Origin: a virus
Taxonomy: Duplodnaviria; Caudoviricetes
Strand: one strand, 5' to 3'
IMG/VR virus record: IMGVR_UViG_3300042868_009723
Coordinates: 1 to 41,990 of that record
Length of the DNA: 41,990 nucleotides
Positions 1 to 9,071 of the stretch are shown piece after piece. The notes beneath the pieces are model-generated. The model did no database searches. It was not told the origin of the DNA and saw only the letters and a list, made by a program, of their open reading frames with translations. Position 1 is the stretch's first letter; each line of letters starts with the position of its first letter. Both the position numbers and the translations under genes were made by a program.

Positions 1-171
1 AAAGGCGAAATCAAAACTATTGTTAATCACGAAATTAAAAACGATATAGCACTACTAGTTGATTGGTGGGAACATGCTTGGGTACTAGACTACCAGCATG
101 ATAAAGGCAAGTATTTAGATAATATTTGGCGCATCATCGATTGGGAAGTTGTTAACGCAAGGTTAGTATAA
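1..171 (+). CDS. Fe/Mn superoxide dismutase, C-terminal part (runs off window start)
   Basis: Frame 1 reads KGEIKTIVNHEIKNDIALLVDWWEHAWVLDYQHDKGKYLDNIWRIIDWEVVNARLV*, containing the DxWEHA metal-binding signature; its TAA overlaps the next ATG (TAATG). Not in the ORF track. Confidence 0.9.
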   Translation, partial: KGEIKTIVNHEIKNDIALLVDWWEHAWVLDYQHDKGKYLDNIWRIIDWEVVNARLV

Positions 172-3100
172 TGAGATTTATAGACTTACAAGAAGGTCCT
201 AACGACCCCGGAATTTTTAAAGCTATTTTCTTAGCTGGCGGCCCTGGTAGCGGTAAAGGCTATGTAGCGCAGCAGTTAGGGTTGCAAGCCCGCGGTTTAA
301 AAGTAGTTAACAGCGATGATGCTTTTGAATACCTAATGCGTAAGCGCAAATTAAGTTTTGAGATGCCGCCCGAAGAACAACCTGATCGTGATGTTGCCCG
401 ACAACGTGCCAAAGATCTTACTAATAAAAGGCAAGATATATATTTAGATGGTCGCCTAGGCATTATCATTGATGGCACTGCTAAAGACCCTAACAAGATG
501 GCTAAACTAAAAGCAGAGCTAGAAGCGATTGGTTATCAGACTATGATGGTGTTTGTGAACACTAGCCTGCGTACAGCACTACAGCGTAACTTGTTACGTG
601 ATAGAAAAGTTCCTACAGATATTGTTACACAATCTCATAAGCAAGTACAAACTAACAAAGATACGTTGTCTAACGTATTTGCCCCTAACTATGTTGAAGT
701 TAACAATGATGACAACGCTAATTTTAACGAACCACTGAAACGTGTGGAAAAGTTTATTGATGCCCCAGTTACATCACAAGCTCGTGACTGGATCAGTAAA
801 GCATCAGTACAAAAAAGTATAGCACAAGAAGATGTACAGAGCAAGCCAAAAGTTTATGTAGACATGGACGGGGTGCTTGCAAACTTTTACGCCGGTGTTA
901 CTAGAGTAACAGGACACGAAGAACCACGTGATATGGCGTTACAAGACATTGAGGATACAATGGCATCTTTTAAAGGTACAGACTTCTTTTACAGGTTACC
1001 TAAGTACGAACAAACCGATCAACTTATTGCAATGGTTAATGCTGCTACAAAAGGAGATTGGTATATTCTCAGCTCACCTTTAAAGTATGACAGAGAAGGT
1101 AGTGCAAAATATAAAGCAGCATGGATTCGTGATAAACTAAAGATTCAACCTAAAGACATGTACTTCCAGAGTGATAAAGCACAGTTTGCTACACAATCAG
1201 ATGGTACACCTAATATTTTAATTGATGACTATCCTAAGTATCTAAACAGTTGGAAAGAAAAAAATGGCATTGGCGTTCAATACAAAGGGCATGTAGGTAA
1301 CATTGAAGATGTTAAAGCAACATTAGACAAATATCTAGGTGCAGGTGTTGAAGAAACAATTCGCAAAGTGCAAGGCGGTTATAGACTACTCAGCAAAAAA
1401 GGCAAGAACTTAGGCACATATCCTAGCAAAGCTGGTGCAGAAAAACGCGAGCGTCAAGTACAATATTTTAAACACATGGGTGAGCAAGGTAGATCTACCG
1501 CAGTTGAACCACATGAGCCTGGTTACCAACATTCGCTATTAACTGCACCGCAAAATACTTTAGTAATCGACAAGTCAGACGACATGGATTTTTATAAGCT
1601 AGGACAACACTATACTAGTTTAGCAAATTACGATAAGCATGAGTTAGGTGTAGGCCCGTCAGACATGACTATTACATTTGCTTCCCCAGAAGAGATGGAG
1701 CGAATGAAGAAAGTATTTGATAAGTTAGGCGTTGTGTATAAGGACATTTCGGGCAGTCACGAAGAACCAGAAATTCACACTAAGCCACCAGAAGGTAAAG
1801 TAGCTGAAGCACTTGACAGTTCATATCCATATGAATTTAAGAACAATGCTTACTATTTCATTACTGATGCAGGCAATGATTACAAAGCTGTGTTTAAGGG
1901 CGATAAGAAGGTTGAAGTAAGTTTTATGGCTCGTGGTGAGAATAATCAGCCCAAAGATGATATTACAGGTACAGGTGATTCGCGAAAAGTGTTTGGTACT
2001 GTGGTTAATATCGTAAAGGATTATGTAGGTCAACATCAACCTGAAATTCTAATGTTTGCTGCTGATAACAATGAACCAAGTCGTATTAAATTATATAATA
2101 TGTTGGCAGCACAAGCAGGTAAATCATTGCCTGGATATAATTTTGTAAAAAAATTAAAAGGCTCACTATTCACTACATTCTATTTGACACGAGATAACGT
2201 TAAAGTTCCAAAATTAGATACAGCTAAAAATCTAGCAGGTCGTGCATTAGACAAAGTATTTGATTCACAACAACCTAAAATCCATACAAGCAAGATTGGT
2301 GAAACTATTCTCACAGAAGAACAGTTAGTTGAAGGATTTTTAGATAGTGCTAAAGCCTATTTAGGTAACTCCTACACTAAAACTGTTGCAGACATAAAGT
2401 CAAATGTGGTGGATTTAAAGCAAGCAGGTATTGTGATAAAAGATGTGTTGACCGATCCGCAACAAACAGCGATTGTTAATGCACAGCTAGGTAAACAAAT
2501 TAATATGCTTGTTAAGCAAATGAGCACTGCTCCTAACGCTGCCACAACACCTATGATTAAATTTATTCAGCAGAATATTTTACCTGTAGTTCGAGTTGAT
2601 GGCATTAAAGGATTTTTAGGAAGACTTGGGGTATACGGGGTGCTGAAATATGTGTCAACTCAACTAACTAAGATCACAGATGTTGTTAAAGATCAGCTAC
2701 TAGGACTAATGGCTGACGTTGTAAAGCAGGTCAGCAGCACTGCATTAACAATGTCATCGTACATGGGTATATTTGATAATTTATCCACTATTAAAAAATA
2801 CTTTTTAGATGTATTATCATACATTAAGTCAAAACTGATGTCAGTACAGGTTAGTAGACCCACTGAAACAGTTCAAATTGACGAATTAGCTGATAAGCCA
2901 TATAGCTACTCGCAAAACGTAAAGACACCCGATAAACGTGCATACCGCTTTCAAACAGATGCTGGACAGTTGTACAGAGTACAAGTGTTCAATCGCAGAA
3001 AAGACGATGCTAATAAATTAGAAATACACTTTGATTTAACTAACATGAAAACTGGACAGCCCAACTCGGGCGTAACAGGCACAGGTGATGCTGTTCGTGT

Positions 3101-3323
3101 GTTTAGCACTGTTGCAAACATCCTACAGCAAGAAGTAGCTGATCAAGATCCAACAGGTATTATTATCGCTAGTAAAGCAGATGATGAGAGTAGAGTAAAA
3201 CTATATAGAACCCTTGCACGCCGTGCAGTAAAGACTATGTCAGGATTTGAAATTTCCGGTGAGCGCACTGTAACAGGCGGAGACGGCAATCCTTATATTA
3301 CTATTGAGTTAACCAAGCAATGA
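171..3323 (+). CDS. 1050-aa multidomain protein: P-loop kinase + HAD (5'(3')-nucleotidase-like) phosphatase + small basic module + two copies of an unknown domain; probable head-packaged polyprotein
   Basis: FLAGGPGSGK Walker A; IIIDGT and RxxxR lid (QRNLLR); VYVDMDGVL and ILIDDY HAD motifs; repeated TGTGD..VF.TV...SR.KLY domain. Confidence 0.75.
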   Translation: MRFIDLQEGPNDPGIFKAIFLAGGPGSGKGYVAQQLGLQARGLKVVNSDDAFEYLMRKRKLSFEMPPEEQPDRDVARQRAKDLTNKRQDIYLDGRLGIIIDGTAKDPNKMAKLKAELEAIGYQTMMVFVNTSLRTALQRNLLRDRKVPTDIVTQSHKQVQTNKDTLSNVFAPNYVEVNNDDNANFNEPLKRVEKFIDAPVTSQARDWISKASVQKSIAQEDVQSKPKVYVDMDGVLANFYAGVTRVTGHEEPRDMALQDIEDTMASFKGTDFFYRLPKYEQTDQLIAMVNAATKGDWYILSSPLKYDREGSAKYKAAWIRDKLKIQPKDMYFQSDKAQFATQSDGTPNILIDDYPKYLNSWKEKNGIGVQYKGHVGNIEDVKATLDKYLGAGVEETIRKVQGGYRLLSKKGKNLGTYPSKAGAEKRERQVQYFKHMGEQGRSTAVEPHEPGYQHSLLTAPQNTLVIDKSDDMDFYKLGQHYTSLANYDKHELGVGPSDMTITFASPEEMERMKKVFDKLGVVYKDISGSHEEPEIHTKPPEGKVAEALDSSYPYEFKNNAYYFITDAGNDYKAVFKGDKKVEVSFMARGENNQPKDDITGTGDSRKVFGTVVNIVKDYVGQHQPEILMFAADNNEPSRIKLYNMLAAQAGKSLPGYNFVKKLKGSLFTTFYLTRDNVKVPKLDTAKNLAGRALDKVFDSQQPKIHTSKIGETILTEEQLVEGFLDSAKAYLGNSYTKTVADIKSNVVDLKQAGIVIKDVLTDPQQTAIVNAQLGKQINMLVKQMSTAPNAATTPMIKFIQQNILPVVRVDGIKGFLGRLGVYGVLKYVSTQLTKITDVVKDQLLGLMADVVKQVSSTALTMSSYMGIFDNLSTIKKYFLDVLSYIKSKLMSVQVSRPTETVQIDELADKPYSYSQNVKTPDKRAYRFQTDAGQLYRVQVFNRRKDDANKLEIHFDLTNMKTGQPNSGVTGTGDAVRVFSTVANILQQEVADQDPTGIIIASKADDESRVKLYRTLARRAVKTMSGFEISGERTVTGGDGNPYITIELTKQ

Positions 3324-3946
3324 AAATAACAGAAGTAGTTGGCGCCCCTATTATTGCCTATCATGGTACAGTGGATGATATTACACAGTTTCGTCCATTG
3401 ACTCACTTTGGCACCGAAAAGGCTGCTAGAGACCGTATGGACTACAAGAAGAACGCAAACGGTAAAATCTACAAAGTTCAGTTGGATATTCGCAATCCAT
3501 TTACTATTAAAGATTTTCCTGGCATACACTATGATCGTGTATATGCGTTTGAATTACGAGACAAGAAAAAATTATCTCAAGAAGACATGGCAGCGATTAC
3601 TACTTTAGACGACCCTGCCCAGTTACGAGCAGCACTGTTAGCAAAAGTAAAAGAACTGGGCTATGACGGCTTTGTTTACAAAAACCGTTACGAAGACAAA
3701 GGCAACATCAGCTATGTTATTCTAGACCCGAGTCAAGTAAAAGTGCTAGAGGTAATTCCAGTTGGCGAGCCTGTAGAAGAAAACTTTGCAGACGGAAAGA
3801 AGCCAGGACGTAAAGGACTAGCTAAACGTAGTGGTGTTGATTGCAGTAAGAGCGAAACAGAGCTACGTAAAATTGCTAAGAATAGCTCAGGCGAAAAGCA
3901 ACGTATGGCACACTGGTGTGCTAACATGAAGGGCGGAAAAAAGTAA
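3320..3946 (+). CDS. ADP-ribosyltransferase-like protein (ART-PolyVal type) with C-terminal small basic Cys-containing module
   Basis: YHGT...HFGT...IYKVQLDIRNP...GYDG...SYVILDPSQVK pattern; ATGA overlap with the upstream gene. Confidence 0.65.
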   Translation: MKITEVVGAPIIAYHGTVDDITQFRPLTHFGTEKAARDRMDYKKNANGKIYKVQLDIRNPFTIKDFPGIHYDRVYAFELRDKKKLSQEDMAAITTLDDPAQLRAALLAKVKELGYDGFVYKNRYEDKGNISYVILDPSQVKVLEVIPVGEPVEENFADGKKPGRKGLAKRSGVDCSKSETELRKIAKNSSGEKQRMAHWCANMKGGKK

Positions 3947-3955
3947 GGTACACAC

Positions 3956-4705
3956 ATGAAACAATATTACTCAAGACCATTTTTAACCAAAGAAGAATGT
4001 CAATATCTTATTGACTATTATGATTCTCAACAACCGGAAAGAATTGCCAGCGACTATAAAACTAGAGATGGTAGAATTTTAAATAGAAAACAAAACGTAC
4101 TATCAATGGTAGAGTCGGAACAGCCCTATGAGTTTTTTGCTAATAAATTGAAAGATGCACACCAAGACATTTGTGACAACCTAGGGTTAACAGATAGAGC
4201 ATTATTTAATTTTCAAAGAAATTGGTTTAAAAATCAACCTGACCTAAATTATGAGTTAGTGGATCTAGACAATTTTGAGAACAAAATTAGAACTTATGAA
4301 GTTTTTCTTTCTAGATATGAAACAGGAAATTACTGTGCGCCGCACATAGATAATACACAAATAGGTAGAATGTTCACCGAATGGTATTGGCAATCAAACG
4401 ACATACCTAAAGCACTTTGGCATAAGCATCCGAGATTGTATATTGTTTCAGTCATCTTAAATGATGAGTTTGACGGCGGAAGATTGCGGATAGCAAAAAA
4501 TGAAGAAACTGCTCAAATAGATTACATAGATGTGAGCGCCCCTGCTGGACATTTAGTTGTAATGGACGCAACCTGCTGTCATGAAGTAACACCTGTTACT
4601 GCTGGAGCAAGATATTCTCTTATTTCTTGGGCATATTTAGAACATGACGGATTCTATCCTGAGGGTGCTATTAAAAATATTTTTGAACTAGAACCTATAA
4701 GATAA
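3956..4705 (+). CDS. 2OG-Fe(II) oxygenase (prolyl-4-hydroxylase-like)
   Basis: HID (HxD), VILNDEFDGGRL, HEVTPVTAGARYSL motifs. Confidence 0.85.
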   Translation: MKQYYSRPFLTKEECQYLIDYYDSQQPERIASDYKTRDGRILNRKQNVLSMVESEQPYEFFANKLKDAHQDICDNLGLTDRALFNFQRNWFKNQPDLNYELVDLDNFENKIRTYEVFLSRYETGNYCAPHIDNTQIGRMFTEWYWQSNDIPKALWHKHPRLYIVSVILNDEFDGGRLRIAKNEETAQIDYIDVSAPAGHLVVMDATCCHEVTPVTAGARYSLISWAYLEHDGFYPEGAIKNIFELEPIR

Positions 4706-4715
4706 AGGTATAAAC

Positions 4716-4871
4716 ATGGCGCATCTAAATAATACAGGTTATGGATATTTTGAACACTTGTTGAGGGCATGGAAGATAGCAGGAGTTCTAATAGTACACG
4801 GGGTATTACCTAATATTTGGGAAGATAAAGCAAGTAATTTATTGTGTGAGAAACAACATGAGAATAAGTGA
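4716..4871 (+). CDS. small hypothetical protein (51 aa)
   Basis: MAHLNNTGYGYFEHLLRAWKIAGVLIVHGVLPNIWEDKASNLLCEKQHENK*; AAGG upstream; fills the intergenic gap; below the ORF-track cutoff. Confidence 0.6.
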   Translation: MAHLNNTGYGYFEHLLRAWKIAGVLIVHGVLPNIWEDKASNLLCEKQHENK

Positions 4872-5016
4872 AATTATTAATGAAACTACATCAGGCGGTA
4901 TAGCCGCAGTAATTCAGCCGTTGGGTGCTGTAATTAAACGCCCAAATCCCAGCATCTACAAGACTAAAAGGAAGCGTACTCCAAAAAAAGAAAGTACTGA
5001 TCTTAGTATCAAGTAA
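4858..5016 (+). CDS. small basic protein (52 aa) with capsid-targeting-like leader
   Basis: MRISEIINETTSGGIAAVIQPLGAVIKRPNPSIYKTKRKRTPKKESTDLSIK*; leader matches MKITEV/MKISEL/MKITNIVE of other ORFs in the window. Confidence 0.65.
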   Translation: MRISEIINETTSGGIAAVIQPLGAVIKRPNPSIYKTKRKRTPKKESTDLSIK

Positions 5017-5019
5017 ATA
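5014..5019 (+). promoter_or_regulatory. T4-late-like promoter TAAATA, 5 nt before ATG
   Basis: TAAATA-gtagt-ATG(5025); its TAA is the upstream stop codon. Confidence 0.65.
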
Positions 5020-5024
5020 GTAGT

Positions 5025-5423
5025 ATGAACCTCAATTATGCTAAAAAAGTGAAACTAGCTGCAACTCTGACAGAGGTTGCCAACAATGTGGCACGAACTC
5101 CTGTGTTTGTGGTTCTTGCAAAAGATGGCGCATTTGATATACTTAATTACTATAGCAGAAGCCCTGTGCTAGTTAATATTCCTAGTAAATCATTAGCAAC
5201 ATTTGTATGTGATTCTTTTAATAAAAATAAATCTAATGCACCGTTTAACTCTATGCAGCAGCATGTTGATGCATACGCAAAGCATTACTATGACTGCGAA
5301 TTTTATAAAAATACTATTCGAAACACTAAAGATAGCTTTAAACGAGCAGTTACCATAACTAGATTAGATATCTCAATTGAGTATCTAAAACAAGCAGCAT
5401 CATACATTCGTAAAAGTTGTTAA
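5025..5423 (+). CDS. hypothetical protein (132 aa)
   Basis: Clean ORF directly behind the TAAATA motif. Confidence 0.7.
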   Translation: MNLNYAKKVKLAATLTEVANNVARTPVFVVLAKDGAFDILNYYSRSPVLVNIPSKSLATFVCDSFNKNKSNAPFNSMQQHVDAYAKHYYDCEFYKNTIRNTKDSFKRAVTITRLDISIEYLKQAASYIRKSC

Positions 5424-5442
5424 TTAAAAATCTAAAAAGTGA

Positions 5443-5448
5443 TAAATA
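5443..5448 (+). promoter_or_regulatory. T4-late-like promoter (gaTAAATA)
   Basis: Intergenic, upstream of the 5482 ORF. Confidence 0.6.
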
Positions 5449-5481
5449 ACTGTAATTACTTAACCGTTAGCGAGAACAACT

Positions 5482-6807
5482 ATGTTTTTAAAAGAATTCA
5501 ACACAAGCCCAGCCACTAAGGTAGCCAAAATCAACAAGGTGCTACAGGAACAGTTTGGTATCACAGTAAAGACTAATTTCCCTTCTAAAAAGAAGTTGAA
5601 AAAAGTGCTTGAAAATACCAATATGGCACTAATCAAACTTCGCGGCACTAATAGAAAGTTTCAGTTAGATCCAGACTATGCTAAGTTCTTAGGCATCAAG
5701 GATGTTGTAGAAACTATGCTTGAAGAAGGTATGTATGCTAAGTCTCCTGTACACGAAGCTATGTGCGAGATGATTAGGGAAACAGTTCATAACTTAATGG
5801 ACAGCGGCTATACAATGGACGAAGCTAGCAGCGAATGCATGAACCGTTATAGAATGGACGATCGTTTTGCATATGATGATGAATATGTAATGCCTATTGT
5901 TATTACCGCAGCTAAAGAATATATGGAGCAGTATAACATGGGAGAAGATCTAGCAGGCGGCGCAATGGGTGCTACTATCGGCAACACTATTACCGGTATG
6001 CCTTCCCACAATGAGTTAAGTTCAAGGAACGTAGCAGAGCAGGTTCTACGTGTTCTTGCTAAAGAAGCAGGCGTAGACTTGGTTACTGCATCAAGCTATG
6101 ACGCAATTGAAGAAAAGTTGAATAGTTTTGCTAAGGTCAGCGGCAAGAGTCGCGACGCAGTAGTAGGCTTTTTAAACGGCCTAGACGAAGCTGCATTACT
6201 AGCTGGCATTCAAATGTTTGGTCGTAAGATTGGCGAAGCAAACTCATTTGTTGACGCAAGACGCAAAGCAATTGCAGCAGGCGAAAAAGAGTTTGAAGTA
6301 GGCGGCAAAACTTTCAAAGTAACTGGCGATACTTCAGATGAAAAGAAAGCAACTAAAGAAAGCATGTTCGATGATATCCTCAACGATATGATCAACGAAG
6401 AAGTTGACGTTGAGCAAGCAGAAGTTGTAATGGCAGTTCGCGCACTAGCTGATGATGTACAAGATCAGATTGAACGCATTGGTCGCATGATGAACGAAGA
6501 CGTTCCTGCAATCGCTGACAAGATGCGCGGCGAAATGGGCGCACAAGCAGCACAGAGCTTTGTTGATAGTGTAAATGGTTTACTAGCTACTCACATAGAA
6601 GCAACCAAGAGTGTTAAGGCAGGACTTGACAGCGCAGTTGGGTCAATGACTGGCGAAGAAATGGTTGGCGGCCTAGGCGACACTGGTGAATTAGGCACCG
6701 GCGGATTAGCTGAACCAGATATGCCAGAAGAAGAGCCTGCTATGGACGTTAACGAACCAGCAGCAGCAGGCCCAGAGGACGAGCCGTTAGGTAGAGCAGA
6801 AGTATAA
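5482..6807 (+). CDS. acidic, helical 441-aa protein; possible prohead core/scaffold-like protein
   Basis: Glu/Asp/Met-rich, acidic Pro-rich tail, many x-x-E linkers, late promoter; function is inference. Confidence 0.5.
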   Translation: MFLKEFNTSPATKVAKINKVLQEQFGITVKTNFPSKKKLKKVLENTNMALIKLRGTNRKFQLDPDYAKFLGIKDVVETMLEEGMYAKSPVHEAMCEMIRETVHNLMDSGYTMDEASSECMNRYRMDDRFAYDDEYVMPIVITAAKEYMEQYNMGEDLAGGAMGATIGNTITGMPSHNELSSRNVAEQVLRVLAKEAGVDLVTASSYDAIEEKLNSFAKVSGKSRDAVVGFLNGLDEAALLAGIQMFGRKIGEANSFVDARRKAIAAGEKEFEVGGKTFKVTGDTSDEKKATKESMFDDILNDMINEEVDVEQAEVVMAVRALADDVQDQIERIGRMMNEDVPAIADKMRGEMGAQAAQSFVDSVNGLLATHIEATKSVKAGLDSAVGSMTGEEMVGGLGDTGELGTGGLAEPDMPEEEPAMDVNEPAAAGPEDEPLGRAEV

Positions 6808-6808
6808 G

Positions 6809-7141
6809 ATGTTAATTCGCGATATCGTTCTTAGAGAAGGATACTACAGCGATTTAATTGTTGCTGTGCAAGACCTTATGTCTCGCTATATGTCTAAAGG
6901 CATCAAAGAAATTAATACCGAAAAATTTAAAAGTTTATTAGCAAAGCAGGGTTATGTCACGTCAACAGATGAAATCATTCAAGCTGTTGATCAAAGCGGA
7001 TTTGCTAGTAGCGTAGATGCAGAGAAGATTGTTCCAAAAGGTGAACTTCCTGCGGACATGAATACAGACGCAGAACAGACACGTGATGTAGGTGCTATGG
7101 CTGGCGATCAAGCCATGCAAGATATTAAGGCGGATCTGTAA
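6809..7141 (+). CDS. hypothetical protein (110 aa), probable head-associated
   Basis: MLIRDIVLRE leader; tightly coupled to its neighbours. Confidence 0.6.
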   Translation: MLIRDIVLREGYYSDLIVAVQDLMSRYMSKGIKEINTEKFKSLLAKQGYVTSTDEIIQAVDQSGFASSVDAEKIVPKGELPADMNTDAEQTRDVGAMAGDQAMQDIKADL

Positions 7142-7461
7142 TGGCAAATATTTTTGTTAACGCAACTCAAGCTAGATTGAACACACGTAATAACAGTGTT
7201 ATTCATGCTGAAGTTCGAAGTATTGAGAATGTTGTACTTAGTAATATAGATGCCGGTGTGCTTTATGCTAATGTGTCTACCGGAACTACTATGACAGCTA
7301 GCAATGCATACTATTTTGTTTATAATGGTGTTACTAGCGATCCTACAAAATTAGATCAGATTAATTATGTAAAGAACTATTTTGTTGACTTGGGATACGG
7401 GGTAAATATTACAACAAATCCTACAACCAATACCACAATACAGTGGAACATCAGCTGGTAA
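7141..7461 (+). CDS. hypothetical virion-like protein (106 aa)
   Basis: Asn/Thr/Val-rich, ends ISW; TAATG overlap. Confidence 0.6.
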   Translation: MANIFVNATQARLNTRNNSVIHAEVRSIENVVLSNIDAGVLYANVSTGTTMTASNAYYFVYNGVTSDPTKLDQINYVKNYFVDLGYGVNITTNPTTNTTIQWNISW

Positions 7462-7477
7462 CCACAGGAGTATTAGT

Positions 7478-7621
7478 ATGTTAGAAACATTATTTTGGAT
7501 TGGGGTTGGCGCATTTATTGGCTGGAACTTCCCGCAACCACAATTTGCAAAAAACTTTCAAACTAAGTATTTGCAGAAGTATATTGATAAGGTAAAAGCA
7601 TTTTTACCTTTTGTTAAATAA
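7478..7621 (+). CDS. small membrane-associated protein (47 aa)
   Basis: AGGAG SD at 7466-7470; MLETLFWIGVGAFIGWNFPQPQFAKNFQTKYLQKYIDKVKAFLPFVK*; below the ORF-track cutoff. Confidence 0.7.
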   Translation: MLETLFWIGVGAFIGWNFPQPQFAKNFQTKYLQKYIDKVKAFLPFVK

Positions 7622-7634
7622 TCAAAGTTAATTT

Positions 7635-8330
7635 ATGGATTTATGGTTTGGCGATAGTTGGCCAATTGGGTTTGAGCTAGGCGAAAAAACCAATTCATTC
7701 GATAAAACTATTTTTCCTAATGTAACGATTGGCGAAGACAATCCCTTAAAGGCCTTCCCCCATCATGTTTCCTCTCATAGAAATAAGAAATATATAAATT
7801 TTGCTCGCAGAGGCGCATCAATTGAGTTTTCTCTCAACCAGCTAATAAAATTCTGCAACACATCGTATAATCCTAATATAAAATACACCGCGTTTTTATG
7901 TACTACAGCACAGGTTCGCGCCTTTGGTAAAAGTTTTACATTAGACAGAGATTTTCATTATTCTCAACACAACCCAAAAACACCGCATGATATATTTGTA
8001 TATGATTCTATAATATGCATTAATTCTTTCTATGCAATATGTGCTATGTTTAAAATAGATTGCGTTGTGATTCCTATTTTTTGTGATTTACTTATACCTG
8101 ACGTGCTTGACGATTTAGTCCTATTTAAAAAATCATTACTAACTAAAACAACATTAGTAGAAGAAACGTTTAACATTAAATTTATAGAAGATACATGTGG
8201 CAACGTTGAATCCGACAGCAAAGAGTCTAACGAGTTATATGATTGGATTAAACCAAACGACTTTCACCCAAACATAATAGGTCATAGAAAACTAGCATAT
8301 AAACTTATAGAACTCTTAGAAAATCATTGA
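7635..8330 (+). CDS. SGNH/GDSL hydrolase-like protein
   Basis: FGDSW block I, NFARRGAS block II, DFHPNIIGH block V. Confidence 0.7.
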   Translation: MDLWFGDSWPIGFELGEKTNSFDKTIFPNVTIGEDNPLKAFPHHVSSHRNKKYINFARRGASIEFSLNQLIKFCNTSYNPNIKYTAFLCTTAQVRAFGKSFTLDRDFHYSQHNPKTPHDIFVYDSIICINSFYAICAMFKIDCVVIPIFCDLLIPDVLDDLVLFKKSLLTKTTLVEETFNIKFIEDTCGNVESDSKESNELYDWIKPNDFHPNIIGHRKLAYKLIELLENH

Positions 8331-8355
8331 CATAACGATTTATATATGTTATATT
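8327..8355 (+). promoter_or_regulatory. sigma70-type promoter
   Basis: TTGACA-17 nt-TATATT with TGn extension; ATG 5 nt downstream of the -10 box. Confidence 0.75.
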
Positions 8356-8360
8356 AAACG

Positions 8361-9029
8361 ATGCTTATAAACAAATATAATTACCCACAACTAAAAAGAT
8401 TACAAACGCCCGCTGGTCGACAGTATGTAGGCGATGACGACGCACCAGTACCCAGTGTAACCACTATACTTGACAGCACTGCTGACAAGACTCATCTCAT
8501 TGCATGGAAGAAACGCATTGGCGAAGATGAAGCCAATCGCCAGAGTCAACAAGCCGCCGGGCTAGGTACTAAAGTACACAATGCGTTAGAAAAATATATC
8601 CTAGGGGAAGAATGGGACAACTTTGGCACTAACCTGGTTAGTGTATTAGCCGGCAGCATGAGTCGAGTGATGATTAATCAAGGCCTAGGCAAAGTTAACG
8701 AACTATGGGGTACAGAAGTGGGGCTTATTGCTCGAGGCCTGTATGCTGGTACTGCTGATGCGATTGGTATCTACGAAGGCGAAGACAGTGTCATTGACTT
8801 TAAGACAGCTAAGAAGCTGAAAAAACGTGAGTGGATTGAGGACTACTTTTTACAGGGCTGTGCATATGCACTAGCACACAACGAAATGTTTGGCACAAAC
8901 ATTCGTAAAGTAAGTATTTTAATGGTGGACAGAGAATCTAAATTCAGCGATTATGTTATTAAAGATGCCGAATTTGATCACTATTGCAGTCTATGGGCTG
9001 ACCGGGTAACACAATACTACAGCCGCTGA
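8361..9029 (+). CDS. PD-(D/E)XK exonuclease (phage RecB/Cas4-like)
   Basis: PSVTTIL, GTKVH, E..AGTAD..IDFKT, Q..AYA motifs. Confidence 0.85.
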   Translation: MLINKYNYPQLKRLQTPAGRQYVGDDDAPVPSVTTILDSTADKTHLIAWKKRIGEDEANRQSQQAAGLGTKVHNALEKYILGEEWDNFGTNLVSVLAGSMSRVMINQGLGKVNELWGTEVGLIARGLYAGTADAIGIYEGEDSVIDFKTAKKLKKREWIEDYFLQGCAYALAHNEMFGTNIRKVSILMVDRESKFSDYVIKDAEFDHYCSLWADRVTQYYSR

Positions 9030-9040
9030 ACACAAAGTGA

Positions 9041-9046
9041 TAAATA
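9041..9046 (+). promoter_or_regulatory. T4-late-like promoter (gaTAAATA)
   Basis: Intergenic; followed by GGAG SD and a GTG start. Confidence 0.65.
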
Positions 9047-9071
9047 CTGTTAAGCGTTAGGAGACTTAACA

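Noticed and set aside
8361-9029. Cas4-like nuclease as evidence of a CRISPR system
   Set aside because: No repeat-spacer array or other cas genes seen in the window, and the four Fe-S cysteines of Cas4 are absent. It is a common stand-alone phage PD-(D/E)XK nuclease.
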